Part shown: positions 8,305 through 17,738 of the stretch, one piece after another
Position numbering within the stretch: the first letter of the stretch is position 1
How the letters are laid out: each line of letters begins with the position of its first letter
The notes under the pieces: generated by a model
The model's database searches: none
What the model was told of the DNA's origin: nothing
Seen by the model: only the letters and a program-made list of their open reading frames with translations
Source of the DNA: Nitrosopumilus maritimus SCM1
GTDB taxonomy: Archaea > Thermoproteota > Nitrososphaeria > Nitrososphaerales > Nitrosopumilaceae
Assembly: GCF_000018465.1 (NCBI RefSeq)
Contig: NC_010085.1
Coordinates: 30,001-62,000 of the forward strand
DNA: 32,000 nt
Reading direction: 5' to 3'
Position numbers and translations under genes: made by a program

Positions 8305-9030
8305 GTGACTAGATTTACACAAGAACAAGTAGATGATCTCAACTCAAAGATAAAAACAGCTGAAGAAGCTCTTCAATGGGTATCTGATAATTTACATCCT
8401 AAGGTTGCAAAAGCTTCTAGCTTTGGTGCAGAAGATGCCGTCATAATGGATATGATGTTGAAAATTAATCCTGAATTTAGATTCTTTACTTTGGATACAG
8501 GACGATTACCTCAAGAGACATATGATATCATGGATGTCTTGAGAAAAAAATACCATATTACAATTGAAGTGTTATTTCCTGATACTAAAGAAGTTGAAGA
8601 TATGGTAAAAGAAAAAGGACTAAATTTGTTCTATGAAAGTGTAGAGAACAGAAAACTCTGTTGTGAAATACGTAAAGTCCATCCAATGAATAAAATGTTA
8701 AGTACACTTGATGGATGGATTACTGGATTAAGAAGAGAGCAGACCAAAATTAGAGAAGATGTTACAATGTTCCAACTTGATCATGGACATGGTGGTATTC
8801 TCAAGATCAACCCAATAATTGATTGGACATGGGATCAGATTCAAGAACATATCAAAAAATATGATTTACCATACAACAGCCTCCTTGACAAGGGCTATCC
8901 TAGTATTGGATGTGAACCATGTACCAGACCAATAAAGCCTGGAGAAGACATTCGAGCAGGAAGATGGTGGTGGGAACAAGGAGAACACAAAGAGTGTGGC
9001 CTTCATATAGAGCGTAAAAGAGTGGAATAG
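8305..9030 (+). CDS. cysH: phosphoadenosine/adenosine phosphosulfate reductase, Fe-S (APS-reductase-like) type
   Basis: SFGAEDAV motif, C-terminal KECGLH, and the extra cysteine pairs LCCEIRK and GCEPCT that characterise cluster-containing APS reductases. GTG start. Confidence 0.85.
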
Positions 9031-9031
9031 T

Positions 9032-10174
9032 ATGTCAGAAAACGATTCAATCAAACCACATGGTGGAGTACTAGTTAACAGAATTACAAATGTTGATCCT
9101 AGCGGATTATTCTCAATTACAATTTCTGAAGACTTGGCAAATGATGTTGAAAATATTGCAGATGGTATCTTTAGTCCCCTAGAGGGCTTTTTAGGCCAAC
9201 AAGACTTTGAGAGTGTTATATCAAGAGGAAGACTTGCAAATGATCTTGCATGGACCATTCCTATCGTATTAGACGTTGATGAAGAAACTGCAAATAAAAT
9301 GAAAGATGCAGTAGACGTACTATTGCAAAATCCAGATGGAATTGGTATTGCAGTATTACATGTTGAAGAAGTTTATACTTTTGACAAGGAAAAAACAGCT
9401 AAAGGAGTCTATGGCACTAATGATACAGCCCATCCAGGTGTAGCATACACAATGTCGATGAAAGATTTCCTAGTTGGTGGAAAAATTGATTTTATTCAAA
9501 GACCAAATGATACTGAAATTAGAAAAAATAGACTAACTCCAAAACAAACCAGAGAAGCATTTGCACAAGCTGGATGGAAAACTATTTGTGCATTCCAAAC
9601 TAGAAACCCTCCACACGTTGCACATGAGATGTTACAAAAGACATCAATTACAACAAGAGATGGAGTATTTGTAAATCCTGTAATTGGAAAGAAAAAATCT
9701 GGTGACTTTGTTGATGAAGTAATTGTAAAATGTTATGAAACAATGATCGAGCATTACTATGCAGAAAATAGATGTAAACTAGGAACTCTACATACTCAAA
9801 TGAAATATGCAGGACCAAAAGAAGCAATTCATCATGCAATCATGAGACAAAACTATGGTTGTACTCATATCATTATTGGCAGAGACCATGCAGGAGTTGG
9901 AAAATTCTATGATCCAATGGCAGCACAAGAAATCTTTTCAGATTATCCTGAACTAGATATTGCTCCAGTGTTCTTCCCTGCATTCTTTTATTGTAGAAAA
10001 TGTCTTACATACACAACTCCAAAGGCATGTCCACATGATAATGATGACAAAGAGCAAATCAGTGGAACTGCATTAAGAGAAATGATTCAAAACGGACAAG
10101 CACCTTCTCAATTTATCCTAAGACCTGAAGTTGCACAAGTAATTTTGGATCATCCAAAACCTTTTGTTGATTAG
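9032..10174 (+). CDS. sat: sulfate adenylyltransferase (ATP sulfurylase)
   Basis: [11 protein letters not shown] and GRDHAGVG motifs. The ATG lies 1 nt after the cysH stop. No APS-kinase domain is appended. Confidence 0.9.
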
Positions 10175-10205
10175 ATATTTATTCAATCAAACTTGCACTA
10201 GCTCC

Positions 10206-10871
10206 ATGAGATATCTATTTGCAGCAATTTTACTTTCTGGAATTTTTATTACTCCTGCGTTTGCTCAGGAAGTAAACCCTTCATTAATTATTGATGAAAT
10301 CGAGATTCCTGCTCAAGAATTTAATCGAGTTTTACGAGATGCTCCTGTTGTCCCTCTAGATGAGATTCATGCAGTCAGCTGGCAGGTAACAATTGATAAC
10401 AATCTCCTTTATGCAAATCCTGATGGAAATGCCGTCTTTAGACTCTATGATGCAAACTCTGAAGACGAATTCATTGAGGTTGGAATGGGTTCAATTCCTG
10501 ATAACAAATTCTGGGTAGCAGTCCAGACTCCAAAAGAAGGATACATTGTAGTTCATAGCGATTTGGAAAGAGGTTGGTATCCAGAAGCAAAGTCGATCAT
10601 CTCCTTTACAGATAGAGCAGGACTAACTGTCAATAACGGTGCAAGAATTGTCGTCACCAATTTGGATATTGGTGAATTTGCAATAGGTTCTTACTCTGTT
10701 CATGGAATGGAGGGCTCTACTGATCCTCCCGCAGCAAATTCCGGTAGTTTGATTTTGGAATTTCTTTCAGGTGATCCATCAAAGAATGCATTTGCAATGT
10801 TTCCATTTTATGTTGCAGCAGGAATTGGTGTTATAGTTGGAGTGTTGTTTCTAACTAAGAAGCGTTCTTAG
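10206..10871 (+). CDS. secreted protein with N-terminal signal peptide and C-terminal TM anchor plus basic tail
   Basis: MRYLFAAILLSGIFITPAFAQE is signal-peptide-like. The C-terminus is FPFYVAAGIGVIVGVLFLTKKRS. The track start TTG 10164 overlaps sat, so ATG 10206 is preferred. Confidence 0.5.
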   Translation: MRYLFAAILLSGIFITPAFAQEVNPSLIIDEIEIPAQEFNRVLRDAPVVPLDEIHAVSWQVTIDNNLLYANPDGNAVFRLYDANSEDEFIEVGMGSIPDNKFWVAVQTPKEGYIVVHSDLERGWYPEAKSIISFTDRAGLTVNNGARIVVTNLDIGEFAIGSYSVHGMEGSTDPPAANSGSLILEFLSGDPSKNAFAMFPFYVAAGIGVIVGVLFLTKKRS

Positions 10872-11511
10872 ATTTGTAAAATTTGCAACTTCGCTTTATT
10901 TTACATACATCACACATTGGTGATATTGGTTTGCAAATGTTCTGACCATACATAACAAATGTGTCATTAATGTCAATCCAAAATTTCTTGTCAACTTTTT
11001 TCATTAATTCTTGTTCTGTTTCTTCAGGGTTTTTCGTTTCAACCAAACCTAATCTGTTTGAAATTCTATGAACATGAATGTCAACTGGAATTGCAGGTTT
11101 CTCAAATGCATAAACTAGCACACAGTTTGCAGTCTTTCGTCCTACTCCTGGCAATTGTACTAAAGTATCCAAATCTTCAGGCACTTTACCCTTGTATTTT
11201 GAATCAATAATCTTTGCAACTTCAATAATTCGTTTGGATTTGACATGATAGAATCCAATTGATTTGATAATTTTTTCAACATCTTTTAGTTTGGCATTTG
11301 CAAGTTGTTTTGGATTTTTGTATTTTGAGAATAGGACCTTGACTACTTTTGTTGTACTCTCATCTTTTGTTCTGGCAGAAAGTATGGTTCCAATCAAAAT
11401 ACTAAATGGACCAGTCTCAGCGTCGTGAAGATCTCGTAATGCAGTTATTCGTGGTGTCTTTACCGAGTTCATTGTATCCATCATTTTACTTAGAATTTTT
11501 TCCATTTTCAT
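10855..11511 (-). CDS. nth: endonuclease III (HhH-GPD DNA glycosylase/AP lyase)
   Basis: HhH motif LPGVGRKTANCV and Fe-S cluster loop CKPISPMCDVCKIKRSC. The track start is TTG 11529. ATG 11511 (MKMEKIL) is more likely. Confidence 0.85.
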   Translation of the reverse strand: MKMEKILSKMMDTMNSVKTPRITALRDLHDAETGPFSILIGTILSARTKDESTTKVVKVLFSKYKNPKQLANAKLKDVEKIIKSIGFYHVKSKRIIEVAKIIDSKYKGKVPEDLDTLVQLPGVGRKTANCVLVYAFEKPAIPVDIHVHRISNRLGLVETKNPEETEQELMKKVDKKFWIDINDTFVMYGQNICKPISPMCDVCKIKRSCKFYKSKNAS

Positions 11512-11560
11512 ATGAAAAACTACGTACAAGTATTATAACTGTAAATCCAAATCAATCTCA

Positions 11561-12715
11561 TTGGAATTAACTAGAGAAGAAGAATCTGCACTAAAAGGTG
11601 AACAGGGTGAAATTATGCAAATGGCATACAGAATTCTTGTTGCAACCGGTGAGGCAACAGATGCAGAAAAACTAGTTCCAATTGAATGGACTCATCTATC
11701 TGGAGTAAATTATAACACAATAGGCGATGCAGGCGAAGAATTTCTTTCGAGTATTAGCAAAGATGCACGAGTCAAAGTAAAGACCACTCTTAATCCCATG
11801 GGATTTGACATTGATAATGTATCAAACTATGGATTAGATGAGAATTTTATATCAAAACAACTCTCTATTAGAAATTCATATGAAATAATGGGTGTTATTC
11901 CATCTTTTTCATGTATTCCTTACGAAATTTTTGAGATTCCAAAAGATGGAACTCAAGTTGCATTTGCAGAAAGCAATGCTGCAATTCATGCAAATTCTTA
12001 TGATAATTTGAAAACAAACAAAGAAAGTGCATTTAGTGCACTAGCTAGTGCATTAACTGGCAAGAGTCCTTACTCTTCACTACGAAAAGAAGATTCACCA
12101 AATGTAACAATTAGAATGAAAGTAAACGATCCAAATGAACTGACATATGGAATGTTAGGCTTCTTTGCAGGAAAAGTTGGAGATATTTCTGTAAATATTT
12201 CTGGTTTAGGTGAGATGGATAACCGTCAATGCAAGGCAATGTGTGGTGGAATGGGAACGTCTGGAACCTGTGCCAAATTTATCTTTGGAGAAGGTGAGTC
12301 TGATGCTGAGAAAATAGATTTTGATGAGAAAGCAATGCAAAATGTTTATGATGAGCTAAACACATCTGAGAAAGGGGATATCATTACACTTGGTAGTCCT
12401 CAACTAGGGTTAGAAGAAATTTCAGAACTAGCTGGAAAACTAAAGGGACGAACATTTGAGAAGAGATGTATGATATTTACTCCAAGAACTGTAAAAGAAC
12501 AAGCAAACAAAATTGGCTATACAAATGAATTAGAACGTGCAGGATGTGAAATTCTTTCTGACTGTTGTACATGTCTTACTCCGTTAATTAACAAAGAAAA
12601 TGTTGATGCTGTTACAACTAATAGCATCAAGGGTGCATTTTATCTAAAAAACTCTAATGGTGTTGGTGTAAATCTAAAATCATTATCGCAAATTATAGAA
12701 GATGAGACACGATGA
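11561..12715 (+). CDS. aconitase X large subunit (DUF521); likely phosphomevalonate dehydratase large subunit
   Basis: The N-terminus LTREEESALKGEQGEIMQMAYRILVATGEATDAEKLVPIEWTHLSG matches the DUF521 N-terminal pattern. TTG start. ATGA overlap with the DUF126 gene. Confidence 0.75.
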   Translation: MELTREEESALKGEQGEIMQMAYRILVATGEATDAEKLVPIEWTHLSGVNYNTIGDAGEEFLSSISKDARVKVKTTLNPMGFDIDNVSNYGLDENFISKQLSIRNSYEIMGVIPSFSCIPYEIFEIPKDGTQVAFAESNAAIHANSYDNLKTNKESAFSALASALTGKSPYSSLRKEDSPNVTIRMKVNDPNELTYGMLGFFAGKVGDISVNISGLGEMDNRQCKAMCGGMGTSGTCAKFIFGEGESDAEKIDFDEKAMQNVYDELNTSEKGDIITLGSPQLGLEEISELAGKLKGRTFEKRCMIFTPRTVKEQANKIGYTNELERAGCEILSDCCTCLTPLINKENVDAVTTNSIKGAFYLKNSNGVGVNLKSLSQIIEDETR

Positions 12716-13098
12716 AGGTTCTAGTTTCAGGAAAAGTTGAAGGTATTGTACTAAAATCAAAAGATGCAATTAATTTTCTAGGAACAGTTGACAAAAAAAC
12801 TGGAATTATTAGTGACAAAAATCATGATCTATATGACAAATCAATCAAAGATACGATTCTAGTTTTTCCTTCTGGTGTTGGAAGTAGTGTAGGTGCATAC
12901 ACAATTTATTCTATCAAATCAAATGGAACAGCACCACTTGCAATGATCTGTCAAAAAGCAGATCTGACTGTAGCTACTGGATGTGCACTAGCAAACATTC
13001 CACTCGTAGTTTTGCCTGATGAAGAATTTTCTTCAATAAATAACGGAATGAAACTATCCCTTGATACTGATGCTAGTCATCCTCTTCAGTATCAATGA
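12712..13098 (+). CDS. aconitase X small (swivel) subunit (DUF126); likely phosphomevalonate dehydratase small subunit
   Basis: VEGIVLKSKDAINFLGTVDKKTGIISDKNHDLYDKSIKDTILVFPSGVGSSVGAY matches the DUF126 pattern. Confidence 0.75.
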   Translation: MKVLVSGKVEGIVLKSKDAINFLGTVDKKTGIISDKNHDLYDKSIKDTILVFPSGVGSSVGAYTIYSIKSNGTAPLAMICQKADLTVATGCALANIPLVVLPDEEFSSINNGMKLSLDTDASHPLQYQ

Positions 13099-15031
13099 AA
13101 TTTTGAATATCTGCTTCCCCTCTGTTAACATCTTTTACCTGGCTTTTTCCAGCAGGCATTACGCGAACAAATTCATCAATACTGATTTTTTTAGTAATTT
13201 CTTCATGAATTTTTGAGAATTCCAGCCTAATTTTCTTTGCAGCATCAACCATTTCGATTCCTTGTGGTTCAATTATTGCATAACAGATTGAATTTTTCTT
13301 GATTGTTTCAGGTGGGCCACATGTTAATGCATAGCCATCTTCTTGTGGAATTATCCCCACTGCTAGTTTGAGATTTCCACTTTTAATGAAATTTCTTTGC
13401 CCTTCAATTGTAAATGATCCTTTTGGAAGAAATTCTCCACTTGGAGCTGATTTTTTTACTTGATCGGGATTTACCCAATATGCACTAACACCGTACATTC
13501 CTTCTCTCCATGCACGACTAAAACAAACTGTTGCATGTGAAACTTCATTCATACTTGTATCAGGAACATTTTGTGCATCTTTGATAATAAAAAATGGAGA
13601 ACCAAAAATATCCCCATGGAAAATTTTATCATTCTTGTCCAAATGTTTTCTTACCACTGCAGAGTTTGATGCAGCATCTCTTCCACCAATCACTAAGAAT
13701 CCATCAGATGTGTAGAACCATCTATATCTTTCATACCAGTTCTTTTTTCTAATTTCAGAAACTAGAATCGTGTCTTTCTCAGATTCTGTTTTGTTTTGTA
13801 GTTTCTCTAATTTTTTTAAAGTCTTAGATTTTATTTCTTCAATAGAACTTATTGCACCTGATTGTTTTTTTGCCTCATTAAATAATGCAGATGCAATTGA
13901 TTGCAAAGACGCCTTTGTGTCTACCTTTATTTTCTCATCTTGAATAACAATTAGTGGAATCCCTTTTTCTGAAATCAATTTTGCATTGTTTGCTGTCATG
14001 ATTTCTTGTGCAGAACTATCTTCAATTGATAAAATCCCTTTTGAAATCATATCATAGAGTGAATTTGCTACATTTGTGATATTTTTTGACCTCTCTTTTA
14101 CTGTTTGAATGGCTTTTTCCTGCTCAGAAATCTGAGTTTCTAATTCTTTTATCTTCTTGTCTGAGCCACTAGTCTGAATTGATTTTCCTTTATCTACAAT
14201 ATTTTGTGTAAAAACAGTGTCAAGTCCTTCTATGAAGCTGTTTACTTTGGTAATCTCTCCTTCAATTTTTCCAAGTTGAATTGGAAGAACTTCTGTTTTT
14301 TCATTTCTTACTATGATAGGATCATGATTCTCTGAAACAATGTCTGATACGGTTTTCTTTGTTGTCTCAAAGATCTTTTCTATCTCTTCCTCAGTTAGAA
14401 GATTACCAATCTTTTTTGGATCAACATTTGCAATTTCAAAAATACCTTCTACATATTTTTTTGGCAAACCTAGAGTACGTCCAAACCATTTTGCCGCAAC
14501 CAATTCTGTTGTTTTGATATCTTCAAAATCCTTTTCTGCTAAATTGAAAATATCTAATCCACTTTGTGGGGGTTGAGCATATTCTAACCCCACACTTAGT
14601 TTTCTATGTCTTACATCTATTGAATGCTGCAATGCAAGAATTTTCATCTCATTGTTGCAAAGTAAAATATTTCCATCTCCAAAAAATTCACCTACTAAAA
14701 CAAACTCTTTTCCAAATCCTTCAAATCTAAAATATGCAATCCTTTCAGCACCAATTTGTTCGATCTTTTTTAATTTTAATCGAAGGAGATCACTTCTTAG
14801 TCTTTTGAGCAACTTATTTGGTTCAACTTGATCAATTTTTACTTCTGTTAACCAAACTCCTGAGGTAGAGATCATCATGAATAGATCACTTTTTTCAGTA
14901 TGATGTAATTTGAAGAGAATACTGTCTTTTGTTATTCCATAGATATTGCTGACATAGTAATCTTCGACTTGTTTTGAAATTTTATCAACTAAATATCGTA
15001 ATTCAATTCCTGATAATGCCATGCCTATCAT
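13073..15031 (-). CDS. NFACT-family protein (archaeal Rqc2/NEMF/FbpA homologue, ribosome quality control)
   Basis: NFACT-N-like N-terminus (LSGIELRYLVDKI...), a central coiled coil, and a DUF814-like region (WFYTSDGFLVIGGRDAASNS...FHGDIFGSPFFIIK). The 3' end overlaps the convergent DUF126 gene by 26 bp. Confidence 0.8.
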   Translation of the reverse strand: MIGMALSGIELRYLVDKISKQVEDYYVSNIYGITKDSILFKLHHTEKSDLFMMISTSGVWLTEVKIDQVEPNKLLKRLRSDLLRLKLKKIEQIGAERIAYFRFEGFGKEFVLVGEFFGDGNILLCNNEMKILALQHSIDVRHRKLSVGLEYAQPPQSGLDIFNLAEKDFEDIKTTELVAAKWFGRTLGLPKKYVEGIFEIANVDPKKIGNLLTEEEIEKIFETTKKTVSDIVSENHDPIIVRNEKTEVLPIQLGKIEGEITKVNSFIEGLDTVFTQNIVDKGKSIQTSGSDKKIKELETQISEQEKAIQTVKERSKNITNVANSLYDMISKGILSIEDSSAQEIMTANNAKLISEKGIPLIVIQDEKIKVDTKASLQSIASALFNEAKKQSGAISSIEEIKSKTLKKLEKLQNKTESEKDTILVSEIRKKNWYERYRWFYTSDGFLVIGGRDAASNSAVVRKHLDKNDKIFHGDIFGSPFFIIKDAQNVPDTSMNEVSHATVCFSRAWREGMYGVSAYWVNPDQVKKSAPSGEFLPKGSFTIEGQRNFIKSGNLKLAVGIIPQEDGYALTCGPPETIKKNSICYAIIEPQGIEMVDAAKKIRLEFSKIHEEITKKISIDEFVRVMPAGKSQVKDVNRGEADIQNFIDTEEDD

Positions 15032-15125
15032 ATTTTTTATCTGAAATTATACCCTTGCTATGACGTGCTCAAATTTTGACCAAAGATATTAAACATGGTT
15101 TGCTTGAGACACGCTAGAAATTTAA

Positions 15126-15602
15126 TTGGCCAAATTCAAAAAGAAGAAATCAAAACCTACACCTGAGCCTGAGGACTCTAAGAAGGAAACTCCTCAAGAA
15201 GAGCCAGTTGATATTCCTGAAATAGAAAAATCTGAACCAGCTCCTGAACCATCAAAAGAACCTCAGATGAGTGAGGCTGAAAAAAGTGACAAGGATAGAA
15301 AATTAAACAAATTATTTTGGATGCGTGTTGCTCTTGCAGTTATTGCAGGTACTGCAGCTACTTTCATCTTTGAAGATATTGAAGGCGAGGATAGACGATG
15401 GGCATCCATTGGATTTATGATTATAGTATTCTTTGCAACAATTATTGTAGCTAAAGGAATGAAGATGCAATTACCATCATCAGACAGAAAGAAAATTGTT
15501 ACACAAGCAATTGGTAGCTATGTTTTCTTGTACTTGTTTACTTGGATTGTAACCTATACTCTAGTTCATTCTGGAAATATTTCTACTGGAATTAACATCT
15601 AG
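15126..15602 (+). CDS. membrane protein, Pro/Glu/Lys-rich N-terminal region plus 3 predicted TM helices
   Basis: TTG-start ORF. The N-terminus is KPTPEPEDSKKETPQEEPVDIPEIEKSEPAPEPSKEP, followed by three hydrophobic helices. The start is uncertain; an internal ATG gives MSEAEKSD. Confidence 0.45.
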   Translation: MAKFKKKKSKPTPEPEDSKKETPQEEPVDIPEIEKSEPAPEPSKEPQMSEAEKSDKDRKLNKLFWMRVALAVIAGTAATFIFEDIEGEDRRWASIGFMIIVFFATIIVAKGMKMQLPSSDRKKIVTQAIGSYVFLYLFTWIVTYTLVHSGNISTGINI

Positions 15603-15626
15603 TATACTACAAAAGGTGATAATCTA

Positions 15627-16217
15627 ATGTGGGATTACAAAACTCCTGGAATTCCTGATGAAGAGTTTGAGAGAACTGAAAAAGTTCCCATTACCAAAGA
15701 AGAAGTCAGAACTGTTCAAATTAGTAAAGCTCGACTAAAATCTGGACAAACTGTCTATGATATTGGCTGTGGTAGTGGTTCTATTTCTGTAGAAGCTGCA
15801 CTACAAATTGAATCTTCTGGAAAAATCATTGCAATTGATTATGATCAAAATGCAGTAGACTTGACAAAAAAAAATTTGGAAAAATTTGAACTTTCAAATG
15901 TTTCAGTAATACTTGGGAACGCTAAAGAAAAAATTTTAGAACTTGAAGAAGCTGATGCAATATTTGTTGGTGGCACTGGTGGTGATACCAAAGAAATTGT
16001 AGAGTTATCTGAAAAGAAACTAAAGATAGGTGGACGTATTGTTATTGGAATTATTCTCATTGAAACATTATACTCTGTATTGCAAGTGATGGATACATTA
16101 CAATTCAAAGATGTAGACATTACTCAAGTAACCATCTCTAAAAGCAGAAAAACCACTACTGGAACCATGATGCTAGCACGCAACCCTGTGACCATAATTT
16201 CAGCAACCAAAGCCTAA
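15627..16217 (+). CDS. cbiT: cobalt-precorrin-6B C15-methyltransferase (decarboxylating) CbiT
   Basis: PGIPDEEFERTEKVPITKEEVRTVQISKARL followed by the SAM motif DIGCGSGSISVEAA. Confidence 0.85.
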   Translation: MWDYKTPGIPDEEFERTEKVPITKEEVRTVQISKARLKSGQTVYDIGCGSGSISVEAALQIESSGKIIAIDYDQNAVDLTKKNLEKFELSNVSVILGNAKEKILELEEADAIFVGGTGGDTKEIVELSEKKLKIGGRIVIGIILIETLYSVLQVMDTLQFKDVDITQVTISKSRKTTTGTMMLARNPVTIISATKA

Positions 16218-16252
16218 TCTAGCTTTTAATTGGGAGAAAATTTAGTCATTTC

Positions 16253-16975
16253 ATGCCTGGATTGATAGGAATTGGTGTTGGTCCTGGAGATCCTGAACTT
16301 CTTACAGTCAAGGCTGTAAAAGCAATCCAAGATGCTGACATTATCATGTGTCCTGCCTCAAAAGAAGACAGGCCTAGTATTGCATTATCTGTAGTTGATT
16401 CCCTCATTGATAAATCAAAGAATCAAGAGATTGTAAAGCTAATTTTTCCTATGACTAAAGACAAAGATGTCCTTGAAGAGACTTGGAAAAGAAATGCAAA
16501 GATTATGGCTGAAACTGTACAATCAGGAAAAAATGTTGTTTATCTAACAGTAGGTGATCCATTTTTGTATAGTACTTGGATATACATGCACAAAGATCTT
16601 ACTGAAAAATATCCTGAAATGAACATTAGTGTTATTCCTGGAATTGTTTCAATGTTTACATTTGCATCAAAAGTTGGTGTAAGTATAGCTGAAGGAGCTG
16701 AAAAAGTTGCAATAATTCCTTCTTGCTATGATTTGAGTAGTGTTAAAGAGATTGCAAAAAATTCAGAATCTATGATATTTCTAAAAGATGGTAGATATTT
16801 TGATCAAGTAATTGATGTTCTAAAAGAATCAGGATTCCCTGATAACTCTATTTTTGCAATTGGACAAGACTTGGGAACAGAAAATGAAATTATTAGAAAG
16901 ATGACTTTGGGTGAAGTAAATGATGATACATTAACTACAAAATACTTTTCAATCTTGGTGGTAAAACGTGTCTGA
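16253..16975 (+). CDS. cbiL: cobalt-factor II / precorrin-2 C20-methyltransferase CbiL
   Basis: Tetrapyrrole methylase N-terminus LIGIGVGPGDPELLTVKAVKAIQDADIIMCPAS, with length and layout typical of CbiL/CobI. Confidence 0.85.
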   Translation: MPGLIGIGVGPGDPELLTVKAVKAIQDADIIMCPASKEDRPSIALSVVDSLIDKSKNQEIVKLIFPMTKDKDVLEETWKRNAKIMAETVQSGKNVVYLTVGDPFLYSTWIYMHKDLTEKYPEMNISVIPGIVSMFTFASKVGVSIAEGAEKVAIIPSCYDLSSVKEIAKNSESMIFLKDGRYFDQVIDVLKESGFPDNSIFAIGQDLGTENEIIRKMTLGEVNDDTLTTKYFSILVVKRV

Positions 16976-17738
16976 TGTATTCTTTGTTGGTTGTGGACCA
17001 GGTGATCCTGAACTAATTACAGTTAAAGCAAAAAAACTAATTCAAAAAGCAGATGTTGTTGTTTATTCCGGTTCTTTAATTCCAGAACCCATTTTGAAAT
17101 TATGTAAAAAAGGAAAATTGTATGATGCAGCTGGAATGGTTAGAGAAGAAATTTTTGATGTGTTATACAAAAATGCAAAAAAAGACAAACTTGTTGTTAG
17201 ATTGCATGATGGTGATCCATCAATCTATGGTGCAATCAAAGAACAGATTGATAACCTTACAAAAAAAGGAATAAAATCTACAGTCGTGCCTGGAGTTACT
17301 GCATTTTTAGCCTCAGCAGCTGCTTTGGGAACCCAACTAACTCTTCCAGGAGTTACTCAAACAATTATTGTAACTAGAGCAGAATCTAGAACCAAAGTTC
17401 CAAAAAGAGAAAAAATTTCTGAACTTGCAAAACACAAATCCACTTTGATCTTTTACCTCAGTGTTCATTTGATTTCTGATTTAGTTAAAGAAGCAATTGC
17501 AGGTGGATACAAAAAGAAAACACCTGTTGCTGTAGTATATAGAGCAAGTTGGAAAGATCAAAAAATTATCAAAGGAACACTTGGTGACATTGCAAAGAAA
17601 CTCAAAGAAGAAAAAATTACAAGAACTGCTATTGTAATAATTAGTGATGTAATTGATCCTGAAACATATGAATATTCTAAACTATATGATAAAAAATTCA
17701 GTCATGGTTACAGAAAAGCTAAAAAGACAAAAAATTAA
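16968..17738 (+). CDS. cbiF: cobalt-precorrin-4 / precorrin-4 C11-methyltransferase CbiF
   Basis: VFFVGCGPGDPELITVKAKKLIQKADVVVYSGSLIP and LHDGDPSIYGA. GTG start overlaps cbiL by 8 nt. Confidence 0.85.
   Translation: MSDVFFVGCGPGDPELITVKAKKLIQKADVVVYSGSLIPEPILKLCKKGKLYDAAGMVREEIFDVLYKNAKKDKLVVRLHDGDPSIYGAIKEQIDNLTKKGIKSTVVPGVTAFLASAAALGTQLTLPGVTQTIIVTRAESRTKVPKREKISELAKHKSTLIFYLSVHLISDLVKEAIAGGYKKKTPVAVVYRASWKDQKIIKGTLGDIAKKLKEEKITRTAIVIISDVIDPETYEYSKLYDKKFSHGYRKAKKTKN

Noticed and set aside
3398-9839. Other embedded antisense or out-of-frame ORFs: 3398..3739, 4101..4334, 6273..6470, 7163..7480, 7620..7847, 8866..9258 and 9648..9839.
   Set aside because: Each overlaps a gene with clear family motifs on the opposite strand, and none has a recognisable domain. 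They are treated as non-coding.
15064-15113. Imperfect inverted repeat CGTGCTCAA ... TTGAGACACG (9 bp with one bulge, 31-nt spacer) in the divergent region between the NFACT gene and the 15126 membrane-protein gene.
   Set aside because: The arms are short and interrupted and the loop is long. A match of this quality is plausible by chance in a roughly 95-bp spacer. There is not enough evidence to call an operator or RNA structure.
16262-17020. Similar DNA stretches at the 5' ends of cbiL and cbiF (ggtcctggagatcctgaact / ggaccaggtgatcctgaact).
   Set aside because: This is not a repeat element. It reflects the shared GPGDPELxTVKA motif of paralogous tetrapyrrole methyltransferases.
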